Of a DNA stretch of 64,000 nt, positions 1 through 9,588 are shown piece by piece. The notes beneath the pieces are model-generated. The model was not told the origin of the DNA and ran no database searches. It was given only the letters and a program-made list of their open reading frames with translations. The first letter of the stretch is position 1, and every line of letters starts with the position of its first letter. This stretch comes from Acidimicrobiia bacterium (lineage in GTDB: Bacteria; Actinomycetota; Acidimicrobiia; Spongiisociales; ZC4RG35), in assembly GCA_013812505.1 (NCBI GenBank), contig JACCTH010000036.1, positions 39,957-103,956 on the forward strand, given 5' to 3'. Both the position numbers and the translations under genes were made by a program.

Positions 1-917
1 TTGACTCGATCTGCTCGAACAAAATGGACGTGGGCCTCGGCTGGATCATCTATACAACCTGGCTCACCGAGCGGGGCGGCGTCAGACGGGACCTGGCCGT
101 AGCCCGGCTCGGCCTCGACCGATTCTGGATGTTCGTGGGCGAGGGGACCCGGCCCCGGGACTTCGATTGGGTGCGGCGAGCCTCCGCTGGTCATGGAGTC
201 GCCGTCATCGACCTTTCCGATGCCTATACCGCGATCGGGCTTTGGGGTCCCAAGGCCCGCGAGGTTCTCCGAAAGGTCACTGCCGCTGATATCTCCAACG
301 AGGCATTCCCCTACTTCACCGCCCGATGGATCGACGCCGGGTTTGCCCGCGCGCTGGCACTACGCATTTCCTACGTCGGCGAGCTGGGCTGGGAGTTGCA
401 CATTCCCAACGAGTTTGCGCTCCCGCTGTGGGACTTGTTACTGGAGGCGGGCGCCGAGGACGGCATCGTTCCCGCCGGGATGGGGGCCTTCGACTCGCTG
501 CGGTTGGAGAAGGGGTATCGGGGCTGGGGTACAGACGTCTACACGGAGTACGACGCCTATGAAGCAGGGCTCGGCTGGACGGTCAAGCTCGACAAGCCGG
601 CGTTCCGCGGCTTGGAGGCTGCACGGCAACTAAGCGAGGCTCCGCGGGAGAAGAAGCTTTGCTGTCTCACCCTCGATGATCGCGACGCGGTCGCCATCGC
701 CTACGAGCCGATCATGGACGGTGATCGCTGCATCGGCCATGTCACCAGCGCCAACTTTGGCTACTCGGTTGGAAAGCTCGTCGCCTACGGGTACCTGCCT
801 ATCGACTACGCCGAGGAGGGCACCCGTCTCGAGATCATCTACTTCGGGAAGCGCTTCGGCGCCACCGTCGCCCCCGACCCTCTGTTTGACCCGAAGATGG
901 TTCGCCTCAAGGCTTAA
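1..917 (+). CDS. 3' part of a dimethylglycine/sarcosine dehydrogenase-family gene (GcvT-type folate-binding C-terminal domain); 5' end lies outside the window
   Basis: The frame of ORF 24..917 stays open back to base 3, so the gene is cut by the window edge. Motifs RISYVGELGWELH and FDSLRLEKGY. Clear paralogy to the C-terminus of the 837-aa protein at 5613..8126. TAA at 915..917. Confidence 0.8.
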   Translation, partial: DSICSNKMDVGLGWIIYTTWLTERGGVRRDLAVARLGLDRFWMFVGEGTRPRDFDWVRRASAGHGVAVIDLSDAYTAIGLWGPKAREVLRKVTAADISNEAFPYFTARWIDAGFARALALRISYVGELGWELHIPNEFALPLWDLLLEAGAEDGIVPAGMGAFDSLRLEKGYRGWGTDVYTEYDAYEAGLGWTVKLDKPAFRGLEAARQLSEAPREKKLCCLTLDDRDAVAIAYEPIMDGDRCIGHVTSANFGYSVGKLVAYGYLPIDYAEEGTRLEIIYFGKRFGATVAPDPLFDPKMVRLKA

Positions 918-923
918 TCCGAC

Positions 924-976
924 CGTTTTCGCGACCAAATCGGCACCTGCGAGGTGCCGATTTGGTCGCGAAAACG
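924..976. repeat. 53-nt palindromic intergenic element, family A copy 1 (perfect 25-bp stem, 3-nt loop)
   Basis: cgttttcgcgaccaaatcggcacct-gcg-aggtgccgatttggtcgcgaaaacg. It lies between convergent 3' ends (CDS stop 917, tRNA-Sec 3' end about 993). Further 53-nt copies at 14989..15041 and 52613..52665. Confidence 0.9.
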
Positions 977-992
977 TACGCCGGAGCGATAG

Positions 993-1084
993 CGGAGGTG
1001 GACGGGAATCGAACCCGCCAGGGACCGCGTGGCCCCTCACCGGTTTTGAAGACCGGGAAGCCCACCAGGCGCTCGGACACCTCC
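993..1084 (-). tRNA. selC: tRNA-Sec (anticodon UCA)
   Basis: The reverse complement reads GGAGGUGUCCGAGCGCCUGGUGGGCUUCCCGGUCUUCAAAACCGGUGAGGGGCCACGCGGUCCCUGGCGGGUUCGAUUCCCGUCCACCUCCG. Anticodon stem CCGGU/ACCGG with loop CUUCAAA (UCA = plus-strand tga 1047..1049). Long variable arm, GGUUCGAUUCC T-loop, extended acceptor stem, about 92 nt, no encoded CCA. It sits directly downstream of selA-selB. Ends are +/- 3 nt. Confidence 0.85.
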
Positions 1085-1094
1085 GCGGTTCAGC

Positions 1095-2834
1095 CTACCG
1101 AGCCGTCCTTTGGTCGCCCGTCCGGAGGGTGATCCCCTCCCGATCGAAATACTCGAGGAGAGGCACCGCGTGTTTGCGGGTGATGCCGAGAAGCCGGCGG
1201 AACTCGCTGACGGTGAACGGAGCGTCGATTGCGCGGACGGTGGCGATCACCTCCTCGAGGGACGCGGGTAGATAAACGAGGTTGTCGGCAACCCGCACCA
1301 GCTGACCGTCGCGCAGCAGTCGGCGAATCAGCTCGGAGTCGACCCCCAACTCGTCGAGAGTGGGCGGGGCCGCAGTCTGGAGCGTTGTCGCCAGCGATTG
1401 CCAGCGCTCATCGATTTCCTGTGGAGCCGAGCCTCTCGCCGCCACCGCCGAACCTCGCAATTCCAAGGACGCCGTCAACGCAACGATGGTTCGGGCCAGT
1501 GGCTCGTCCACCTCGAGCAAGCTCGCCAGACGGCCCAAACTGAGACCTTCCTCGAGCGGGCGGCTTTGATGATGTTGGTCCACGGCCACGACAGCCTCCC
1601 CGGCAAGCTCCGCAGCCTTTCCCGATGAGAGCAGCAGCTCGCTTTCGCCGATGGCATCCGCGTGGCCGCCACCCGACCACGCGGCAAGATCCGCTTGGCG
1701 AGCTCGGCCCCTTGCCTCCAATAGTGCTGTCGCTACTTGATCGGGGCCACCCTGCACAGCTTCGGCGAGACGAAGAGAACGACTGGCGATCTCGCTCCGT
1801 CGACCAACGGGAGCCGGGTCGAGCACCATGCCGCCGGCAATGACCAGGCGGCGACCCGAATCGCGAACCACAAACCGGTCGCCCGCCTGCAGCCAAAGCG
1901 GGTGCGCCAAGTCGACCAACGCATGCTCTTTATCGAGGGGTCTCAGGGTCGCGGCAACCGAAGCAGTTCCAACATGGAGGTGATAGTCGCCCCGCTCACC
2001 CAGCTCGGAGACGTAGCGGGGGAGCCGCAGGGTCACCTGGATCCTTGAGGTGGATCGCATCGAGCCAGGGAGCGCGATCCGTGCTCCCCGTTCGACATCG
2101 CCACGGCCCAAGCCGGCGAGATTGACTCCGATCCTGTTGCCCGGTGCGACCCGGTCCTGCTTCCTCTCGTGGCTCTCCACCGACCTCACCCGCGCAGCCA
2201 GATCGCCTGGCCAAATTGCCACCTCGTCGCCCGTGCCAAGACTGCCGCCCAGCAGCGTCCCGGTGACGACGATGCCCGCTCCGGCAACCACGAAAGCGCG
2301 GTCAACCCAAATCTGCGGCCGCCCAACATCGTCGGGATCTACAGCGATGTGGTCGAGCGCTTCGCGGAGATCGTCGAGCCCACGACCCGAGCGCACTGAA
2401 ACCGGGATGATCTGAGCATCCTGAGCGACGGTTCCCACGAGCCGTTTGCGAATGTCAGCCATGAGCAACGACACCTCGTTGGCAAGATCGATTTTGGTCA
2501 GGGCAACAAGGACCCGCTTGGTGTCGAGGAGGTCGAGCACCGCAAGGTGCTCCTCGGTCTGCGGTTTCCAGCCTTCGTCGGCTGCGACAATCAGGAGTGC
2601 CGACGAAACTGATCCCACCCCGGCCAGCATGTTGCCGATAAACCGTTGATGGCCAGGGACGTCGACGAAGGCGACACTGCAGCCACTTGGAAGAGTTGTC
2701 CAGGCAAAGCCGAGGTCGATTGTCAGACCCCTTCGCTTCTCTTCCCCCAAACGGTCAGGATTTCGCCCGGTCAGAGCCTCGATGAGGGCCGACTTTCCGT
2801 GATCGACATGGCCGGCGGTGGCGATTACTGGCAT
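1095..2834 (-). CDS. selB: selenocysteine-specific translation elongation factor
   Basis: GTPase motifs AGHVDHGKS, DVPGH and TKIDL, followed by a long C-terminal extension. I place the start at ATG 2834..2832 (MPVIATAGHVDHGKS). The 101 extra N-terminal codons of track ORF 1095..3137 overlap selA in another frame. Confidence 0.9.
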   Translation of the reverse strand: MPVIATAGHVDHGKSALIEALTGRNPDRLGEEKRRGLTIDLGFAWTTLPSGCSVAFVDVPGHQRFIGNMLAGVGSVSSALLIVAADEGWKPQTEEHLAVLDLLDTKRVLVALTKIDLANEVSLLMADIRKRLVGTVAQDAQIIPVSVRSGRGLDDLREALDHIAVDPDDVGRPQIWVDRAFVVAGAGIVVTGTLLGGSLGTGDEVAIWPGDLAARVRSVESHERKQDRVAPGNRIGVNLAGLGRGDVERGARIALPGSMRSTSRIQVTLRLPRYVSELGERGDYHLHVGTASVAATLRPLDKEHALVDLAHPLWLQAGDRFVVRDSGRRLVIAGGMVLDPAPVGRRSEIASRSLRLAEAVQGGPDQVATALLEARGRARQADLAAWSGGGHADAIGESELLLSSGKAAELAGEAVVAVDQHHQSRPLEEGLSLGRLASLLEVDEPLARTIVALTASLELRGSAVAARGSAPQEIDERWQSLATTLQTAAPPTLDELGVDSELIRRLLRDGQLVRVADNLVYLPASLEEVIATVRAIDAPFTVSEFRRLLGITRKHAVPLLEYFDREGITLRTGDQRTAR

Positions 2835-4162
2835 GCCGCGGCGAGGGCGGCCGCCACCGTCTGATCCTCGCTCTCTGACACGGCCCGCAGGTCGACCACC
2901 AACCTGCCAGCGTCGCGTCGGGCCAGGATCGGCGGCTGATGACGGAGGAGCGCGAGAAATGCTTGGTCGCCGGCTTTCTCGATCACGATCACCGGGGCGG
3001 GGATGCCGGCTCCAGGAATCGATCCGCCGCCGAGGACCGAAACCGACTCCTCGATGCGAGCTGAGACGCCTGTGCGTCCCGCGACAGCCTGGGCGCGACG
3101 CTCGAGCTCGAGATATGACCGACTTGCCATGGCCCACAGTGGGATCTCGGCTCCGCGCCCATCGGCATAGAGCTCGGCCGTGGCGCCTAGTGCAGCCAGA
3201 GACGGACCATCGATTCGAAGCGCGCGGGCCAATGGATGCCTGAGGAGCTCGCTAATCAGGTCGCCACGGCCGACGACGATCCCCGCCTGAGGGCCGCCGA
3301 AGAGCTTGTCGCCGGAGAACATCACCAGGTCGGCCCCGGCACGCACCGACTGCTTGATCCCGGGTTCGTCACCAATCCAGGCCGGGGCCGGGCCGCCCAG
3401 CCACGGCACCTGGTCGTCGAGCAGCCCGGAGCCCGCATCGAGGACCAATGGCATCTCGTGTCGATGCGCCAACGTTGCCAAGTCGCGCATGCCGACATCG
3501 CTCGTGAACCCAACGATCCGATAGTTCGACGTGTGCACTTTGAGAATCGCTCCAGTGGTTTCGCCCACGGCTTCGGCGTAATCGCTCAGTCGGGTCCGGT
3601 TCGTCGTTCCCACCTCGCGGAGCCGCGCTCCCCCGGCAGCGATGATCGTTGGCAGCCGATAGCTCCCACCGATCTCTATCAGCTCTCCTCGCGACACGAT
3701 CACCTCACGGTCGTTGGCGAGCTCCGCCATCGCCAACACCAGCGCGGCAGCGTTGTTGTTCACGACCAGGGCCGCCTCGGCGCCACAAAGGTAGGCGAGC
3801 AACTCGCATACGTAGCTGCCTCGCCTGCCTCGGGCCCCGGTCGACAACTCCAGTTCGAGGTTGACATAAGAAATCGCAGCCGCTCGCGCCGCCTCGGCAG
3901 CTTCCGGCGCAAGAGGGGCCCGGCCCAGATTGGTGTGGAGCAGAACGCCGCTTGCGTTGATCACTGGGCCAACCCGGGTCATAGCCACTTCAGTGAGGCG
4001 CTCGAAGGCGGCTTCTTTCGGGTCAAGATCGATCTGAGAATGACGCGCCTCATCGAGGACAGTCCGCACCACCCTGGCTACTAACGCGCGAGGCAACGGC
4101 CAATCCCCCAGCTCGTTCAGAAGCTGGTCCACCGCAGGAAGCCGACGCCGATCCACCGACAA
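2825..4162 (-). CDS. selA: L-seryl-tRNA(Sec) selenium transferase
   Basis: 445 aa. PLP-lysine motif LVMFSGDKLFGGPQAGIVVG matches the SelA signature FSGDKLLGGPQAG. The stop TAA at 2825..2827 overlaps the selB start by 10 nt. Confidence 0.9.
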   Translation of the reverse strand: MSVDRRRLPAVDQLLNELGDWPLPRALVARVVRTVLDEARHSQIDLDPKEAAFERLTEVAMTRVGPVINASGVLLHTNLGRAPLAPEAAEAARAAAISYVNLELELSTGARGRRGSYVCELLAYLCGAEAALVVNNNAAALVLAMAELANDREVIVSRGELIEIGGSYRLPTIIAAGGARLREVGTTNRTRLSDYAEAVGETTGAILKVHTSNYRIVGFTSDVGMRDLATLAHRHEMPLVLDAGSGLLDDQVPWLGGPAPAWIGDEPGIKQSVRAGADLVMFSGDKLFGGPQAGIVVGRGDLISELLRHPLARALRIDGPSLAALGATAELYADGRGAEIPLWAMASRSYLELERRAQAVAGRTGVSARIEESVSVLGGGSIPGAGIPAPVIVIEKAGDQAFLALLRHQPPILARRDAGRLVVDLRAVSESEDQTVAAALAAACQ

Positions 4163-4225
4163 GTTCTATCACGGCTAGGCGGGGAGCGGAACCGCCCGCC
4201 TGTGCTAGACATCAAATAGGAAGAC

Positions 4226-5566
4226 ATGATGCCAATCTTGGCGAGCCTCTGCGCTGGCCTAGTGCTTTGGGCGTGTGGCGGCCCCGACCTGCCGGCGGAA
4301 AGCGTTGCCAACCGGTCCATTACGAGCTGCGATCAGGTTCCCCGCATTTCCGCGCCAGCAAGCGCCTACGCCGATTCGCCGATGTACGTCGCCAATGAGA
4401 TGCCGATCGACGAGGTGCGCGCCTGGGCCGAAGGTCGGCCAGCCTACGAAACTATCTGGATCGATCGCGACCACAACGGCTGGATCACGGTCGCCTTCAG
4501 TGCCGACGCCGACGCCCGCCAATCTGAACTGGAAGAGGAGTTTCCGAGCGTAGGCGTGGTTGCGGTGGAGACCACGTGGACCCTTGCCGAGCTGCTCGCA
4601 CTTCAGGAGCGGATCGGCACTGAACTCGGAGATGTTCTCGGCGAATTCTCAACAGGCACCTATGACGATCGGGGTGTCGTCGGGATCTACGTCGGAGTTT
4701 TGACCGCTGAAGTCCGCTCCGAAGTAGAGAGCCGGTTCGGCGACCAGCCGGTCTGCCTCGATGGGCGCGACCCGGCCAGTGTTCCAGCACCCGGCCCTCA
4801 GCCAGAGGGCGGTGAAGGGTGGAGGTTGCTGGTCAACGAACCCCAGGTCGGCCAGCCCTACCGGACCAGCATCGCTACCGACCAGTCGGGGTTGGAGACG
4901 TTGTGGGCAACCATTGGGTTGTCCGATCCGCTCCCCGCGGTCGACTTCGAAACTGAGGTTGTGATTTGGTTCGGCGCCGTCTTTGGGGTCAGCTGTCCGG
5001 ACATCCGTCTCGATGACGTCGTGGTCGACGGGCCGTTGATCCACGCTCTGATCGTGCTTCCCAATCCGCCGTCAGGCTGCACCGACGACGCCAATCCGCA
5101 GGCATTCGTCGTAGCCGTCGAACGATCGCGGCTTCCGGCTGGGCCGTTCGCAATCCAATTGGACGCCAATCCGCCGCCTCTCGGGGTGCCAGAGGAACGC
5201 ACGCTGGTCCGCGTCGGTCTTTCTGCGCCAGGAGCCGTGGCTAACCCGGATCAAATCGGGCGCGACCCCGAACTTTTCGAGCGCACGTCCATCCTTCGCT
5301 CCGGGGATTTCCTCGAGGACGGCTTTCCGACGCTCTATGAGTTCAATGTGCATTGCGGGAGTGAATGGCTTGGGGAGCTGAATGGATACGCCTGGCGCAC
5401 GGATGAAACCATGCCAGCTGAGTGGCAAACGTTGATCGAGGAGGGCGAGACCATCGATGTGTCGCTCCTGTTGTCTACCGATCCCGAACCGGATATCGCC
5501 GCCACGGCCGGGGGCGTGACCGTCCACTACCGACCAACCAACGAACCCCTCCCCGGCTGCGACTGA
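4226..5566 (+). CDS. hypothetical lipoprotein (446 aa)
   Basis: N-terminal signal with lipobox LVLWAC-GG. No family recognised. Divergent from selA. Confidence 0.6.
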   Translation: MMPILASLCAGLVLWACGGPDLPAESVANRSITSCDQVPRISAPASAYADSPMYVANEMPIDEVRAWAEGRPAYETIWIDRDHNGWITVAFSADADARQSELEEEFPSVGVVAVETTWTLAELLALQERIGTELGDVLGEFSTGTYDDRGVVGIYVGVLTAEVRSEVESRFGDQPVCLDGRDPASVPAPGPQPEGGEGWRLLVNEPQVGQPYRTSIATDQSGLETLWATIGLSDPLPAVDFETEVVIWFGAVFGVSCPDIRLDDVVVDGPLIHALIVLPNPPSGCTDDANPQAFVVAVERSRLPAGPFAIQLDANPPPLGVPEERTLVRVGLSAPGAVANPDQIGRDPELFERTSILRSGDFLEDGFPTLYEFNVHCGSEWLGELNGYAWRTDETMPAEWQTLIEEGETIDVSLLLSTDPEPDIAATAGGVTVHYRPTNEPLPGCD

Positions 5567-5577
5567 AGAAGAGGCGC

Positions 5578-5608
5578 CATCAGCCGCTGATTACATTCTC
5601 GGCTGATG
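5578..5608 (+). terminator. hairpin (9-bp stem catcagccg/cggctgatg, 13-nt loop) between the lipoprotein gene and the dehydrogenase gene
   Basis: Seen directly in the sequence. It lies 12 nt after the stop at 5566 and ends 5 nt before the ATG at 5613. It could be a terminator or a leader structure occluding the ribosome-binding region. Confidence 0.4.
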
Positions 5609-5612
5609 AGAT

Positions 5613-8126
5613 ATGTCAATGGGTGACCTGCCGGTCAGCGCTCGCGTGGTGGTGATCGGGGCCGGGATCGTCGGGAACTCCGTGGTCGGGCATCTGGCCG
5701 AGTTGGGGTGGCAAAACATTGTCCAGATCGACAAGGGCAGTTTGCCAAACCCCGGCGGATCGACCGGGCATGCCTCGAACTTCATTTTCCCGGTCGATCA
5801 CAACAAAGAAATGGCGATGCTGACCCTCGACAGCCAAAGCCAATACGAGGACATGGGGGTCAACGTCACCTGTGGCGGCATCGAAGTCGCGCGCACCCCC
5901 GAGCGGATGGAGGAGCTGCGGCGGCGGATGGGTTCGGCCAAGAACTGGGACATCGAGGCCTATCTCGTGAGCCCGGCCGAGATCAAGGAAATGGTCCCGT
6001 TCATCAACGAGAAAATCCTGCTTGGCGGTGCCTACTTCCCGACGGTGTCGGCCGTCGATTCATTGCAGGCGGGCACGATTTTCCGTGAGCGCGCGCAGTC
6101 GCTGGCGGCTCTGGAGACCCATGCGAATGTGGAAGTCCTGGCCTTGGAAACCCAACGCGGTCGGATCAAGGCGGTGGTCACCGACAAGGGCCGGGTCGAA
6201 ACCGAGTACGTCGTCATCGCCTGCGGCGTGTGGAGCCCGCGAATCGCCCGCATGGCAGGAGCCACCATCCCGCTCACCCCCGCTGTCCATCAGATGATCG
6301 ACGTCGGACCGATCCCAATCCTGCAAGAGACCGGCCAGGAGCTCGCCTTCCCGATCGTGCGCGACATGGACACATTCATGTACGAACGCCAGACCGGGGG
6401 TTCGATGGAAGTCGGCTCGTACGCCCACCGACCGATCTTCCATCATCCCGACGAGATCCCTTCCATCGCCGAGGCTCGCTTCTCGCCCACCGAGCTCCCC
6501 TTCACCGACGAGGACTTTGACGACCAAATGGAAGACGCCCTCGAGCTCATGCCTGAGATCCTGTCGACGGCGGAGATCAAATACGCGACCAACGGCCTAC
6601 TCTCCTTGACTCCCGATGCGATGCCTCTGATCGGCGAGACCGTGGAGGTGAAGAACCTGTGGGCGGCGGCGGCTATCTGGATAAAAGAGGGTCCCGGCAC
6701 TGGCCGCGCCGTAGCCGAGTGGATGACTCACGGGTATCCCGAGCTCGATCCTCATGCCTCCGACATCGCCCGCTTCTATCCGTACGCCCGCACCGAGGGC
6801 CACATTCGCGCGCGTTGCGCAGAGCATTTCAACAAGACCTACGGAATCGTCCATCCTCGCGAGCAGTGGGCGTCGGAGCGCAACAAGCGCATGTCGTCGT
6901 TTCATGCCCGCACCGAGGCCCTCGGCGCCCACTACTTCGAGGCCGGGGGTTGGGAGCGGCCCCATTGGTACGAATCGAACGCCGCCTTGGTCGATCATTA
7001 CGAAATCGAGGACCGCCCACATGAATGGGACCGTCGCTGGTGGTCACCGATCCAAAATGCCGAGCATCTGGCGATGCGGGAGCGAGTCGCCATGGTTGAC
7101 CTCTCGCCTTTTGTCATCTTCGACTTCACCGGCCCCGGAGCGCTGGCCTACCTCCAGCATATGGCGACAAACAATGTCGAGGTCAAGGTCGGGCGCTCGG
7201 TCTACACGCCGCTGTTGACCGAAGGTGGTGGGTTCAAAGCGGATCTGACCATGCTTCGCCTTGGCGACGAGCACTTCAGGGTCGTCACCGGCGCGTTTGA
7301 CGGTCCTCGCGACAAGCATTGGTTCCGGAGTCATCTTCCCGAGGACGGACAGGTGCAGATGACCGATCTCACCTCGGCGATGGTCACGATCGGAGTCTGG
7401 GGACCTAAAGCGCGCGATCTGGTTCAGTCGATCACCGACCATGACGTGTCGGATACGGCGTTCCCGTACGGTCACACTCAGGCCATCGATTTCGGATCGA
7501 TCAACGCCCGGTTGTTTCGGATCTCCTATGTCGGCGAGCTCGGGTGGGAGATCTATGTCCCGACCGAGCAGGGCCAACCGATGTGGGATCGGCTGTGGGA
7601 AGGGGGCCAGGACTTCGGGGTCCTCCCCGTGGGAGCCGGGGTCTACGGAACCACCGGCCGGCTGGAGAAGGGTTATCGCCTGATGGGGGCGGAGCTTGAA
7701 AGCGAATTTGGGCCGGTCGAGGCCGGCCTGTCGCGTCCCACGGTGAAGCCGGTCGACTTCATCGGCCGAGAGGCTTACCTGAAGACGCGCGATATCGATT
7801 CGGCTGCAGTGTTATGCACGCTCACCGTCGAAGATCACATGTCGAAGCGAGACGGGATCAAACGATTCATGACTGGCCGCGAGCCCATCACTTCGCCATC
7901 CGGAGAGCGGCTGGTCGACGAGAAGGGACGACCCTCCTATGTGACGTCGGCGGGCACCGGACCATCGGTGGGCAAGTACCTGTTGCTGGCCTACCTGCCA
8001 CCCGAGTACGCGGTCGCCGGCACCGATCTGGCCGTCATGTATATGGACGAGCTCTACCCGGTGAAGGTGGCCGTCGCCGGCTCGATTCCGCTGTTCGACC
8101 CCGACGACCAGCGCATGAAGTACTAG
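5613..8126 (+). CDS. dimethylglycine/sarcosine dehydrogenase family flavoprotein (DAO FAD domain + GcvT folate-binding domain), 837 aa
   Basis: N-terminal dinucleotide fold VVVIGAGIVGNSVVGHL. C-terminal ISYVGELGWEIYVP and GRLEKGYR (aminomethyltransferase fold). The size fits DMGDH/SARDH. Next to etfBA. Confidence 0.85.
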   Translation: MSMGDLPVSARVVVIGAGIVGNSVVGHLAELGWQNIVQIDKGSLPNPGGSTGHASNFIFPVDHNKEMAMLTLDSQSQYEDMGVNVTCGGIEVARTPERMEELRRRMGSAKNWDIEAYLVSPAEIKEMVPFINEKILLGGAYFPTVSAVDSLQAGTIFRERAQSLAALETHANVEVLALETQRGRIKAVVTDKGRVETEYVVIACGVWSPRIARMAGATIPLTPAVHQMIDVGPIPILQETGQELAFPIVRDMDTFMYERQTGGSMEVGSYAHRPIFHHPDEIPSIAEARFSPTELPFTDEDFDDQMEDALELMPEILSTAEIKYATNGLLSLTPDAMPLIGETVEVKNLWAAAAIWIKEGPGTGRAVAEWMTHGYPELDPHASDIARFYPYARTEGHIRARCAEHFNKTYGIVHPREQWASERNKRMSSFHARTEALGAHYFEAGGWERPHWYESNAALVDHYEIEDRPHEWDRRWWSPIQNAEHLAMRERVAMVDLSPFVIFDFTGPGALAYLQHMATNNVEVKVGRSVYTPLLTEGGGFKADLTMLRLGDEHFRVVTGAFDGPRDKHWFRSHLPEDGQVQMTDLTSAMVTIGVWGPKARDLVQSITDHDVSDTAFPYGHTQAIDFGSINARLFRISYVGELGWEIYVPTEQGQPMWDRLWEGGQDFGVLPVGAGVYGTTGRLEKGYRLMGAELESEFGPVEAGLSRPTVKPVDFIGREAYLKTRDIDSAAVLCTLTVEDHMSKRDGIKRFMTGREPITSPSGERLVDEKGRPSYVTSAGTGPSVGKYLLLAYLPPEYAVAGTDLAVMYMDELYPVKVAVAGSIPLFDPDDQRMKY

Positions 8127-8139
8127 CGCGCAGGCGAAC

Positions 8140-9576
8140 GTGCTGAAATCGTACGGCCTGCGCGCTGTCAACTGGCCATTGGTGCTAGTTGGCACGATCA
8201 CCGGCCTGTTCTTCCTTACTCTGGCTCGGCTGATCCTCGCTCGACACAACAACTTCTTCACCTTCGACTATGACCTCGGCATCTTCGACCAAGCGATCTG
8301 GCTGCTCTCAAGAGGTGGATCGTTTATCACCGTCCGCGGGCTCGATGTGTTTGGGCATCACGCCAACCTCGGTTTCTTCCTTCTTGTCCCCTTCTACTGG
8401 CTAGGCGCTGGTCCCAACTTCCTCGATGTTTTGATGGTGGCGGGAGTGTCGTTCGGCGTCGTTCCCATCCATCGCTATTCGGTCCAGTTGCTCGAGAACC
8501 AGTGGCACGCCTTGATCCCGCCGATGGCCTATCTCCTCCATTTCGCAACCAGTTGGGTCATCAACGAAACCTTCCACCCCGAGGTTCTCGCCATCGGCCC
8601 TTTGCTGATGGCCTACGTTGCCTCGACTCGACTCGAGTGGCGGCGTTACGCGGCTTGGCTGATCGCGGCGGGCATTTGGAAGGAGGACATCGCCCTCGCC
8701 ATCGTCATGATCGGGATCATCGTCTGGATCCGCGGCAATCGGCGAGTGGGACTAACCACCGCGGCCTCGGCGATGCTCTACTTCCTATTTGCCACCCGGG
8801 TGATGATTCCGGTCCTTTCCGGAGGCGGGGCGTTCTATGAGGGCTTCTTTGGCCCCCTTGGCAGCGGAGTATTCGAAGTCGTCTTCAACGCCCTCCGTCA
8901 CCCTTCGCTCGTGATCGACGCGTTCATCGCCCATGACGCCTTGGGCTATCTGCGCGATCTCCTGTATCCCTATGCCTTGGTGCCGGTGCTGGCGCCGATC
9001 GCGCTTTTGATTGGGCTGCCGCAGTTTCTGATCAACATGCTGACGGTCCATGGGCTTTCCGCGAACCTCCAGGCTCACTACGTCACGATGCCGCTGGCGG
9101 CGGCGTCGCTCGCTCTCGCGGAGGGCCTCCGAAGACTGAAGCGCATCGAGTGGCGCCGGGTCGCGCTGGGAGCGGTGGCCGCCACCTCGCTTACCACTTC
9201 TGCCCTCTGGGGCTTGCTCCCGTACGGAATCAAATACGACCAAGGCAACTGGCCGTTGGGGCCGAATCCCCGAGCGCCGACGATGCTCGCGGCGATTTCC
9301 TTTCCCGAGCCCGAGGACGCCGTTGCCGCCACCTGGAACCTCGTCCCCCACCTCACTCACCGCCACCAGATCTTCACGTTTCCCAACCCCTGGACAATCG
9401 TGAACTGGGGAACCGGCGTGGAGACTCCGCCCGATCCCGCCGTCATCGACTGGCTGGTGATCGATCGCCAGGTCTTGGGCGAATCGACCGACGATTTCGA
9501 GCGAGTGCTCGCCGAAGAGAGGTGGGAGATCGTGCTCGACCACGACGACATCGTCGTGGCCCGGCGCGCCCCCTAG
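8140..9576 (+). CDS. polytopic membrane protein, DUF2079-like
   Basis: GTG start. Multiple TM segments. The motif FDYDLGIFDQAIW...RG...FGHH resembles DUF2079. Confidence 0.55.
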   Translation: MLKSYGLRAVNWPLVLVGTITGLFFLTLARLILARHNNFFTFDYDLGIFDQAIWLLSRGGSFITVRGLDVFGHHANLGFFLLVPFYWLGAGPNFLDVLMVAGVSFGVVPIHRYSVQLLENQWHALIPPMAYLLHFATSWVINETFHPEVLAIGPLLMAYVASTRLEWRRYAAWLIAAGIWKEDIALAIVMIGIIVWIRGNRRVGLTTAASAMLYFLFATRVMIPVLSGGGAFYEGFFGPLGSGVFEVVFNALRHPSLVIDAFIAHDALGYLRDLLYPYALVPVLAPIALLIGLPQFLINMLTVHGLSANLQAHYVTMPLAAASLALAEGLRRLKRIEWRRVALGAVAATSLTTSALWGLLPYGIKYDQGNWPLGPNPRAPTMLAAISFPEPEDAVAATWNLVPHLTHRHQIFTFPNPWTIVNWGTGVETPPDPAVIDWLVIDRQVLGESTDDFERVLAEERWEIVLDHDDIVVARRAP

Positions 9577-9588
9577 CCTTGCGCCACT

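Noticed and set aside
2835-3137. N-terminal 101 codons of the 680-aa track ORF 1095..3137 (would make SelB much longer)
   Set aside because: This stretch lies inside selA in a different frame, is Arg/Pro/Gly-rich with no homology signal, and the canonical G-domain begins right after the ATG at 2834.
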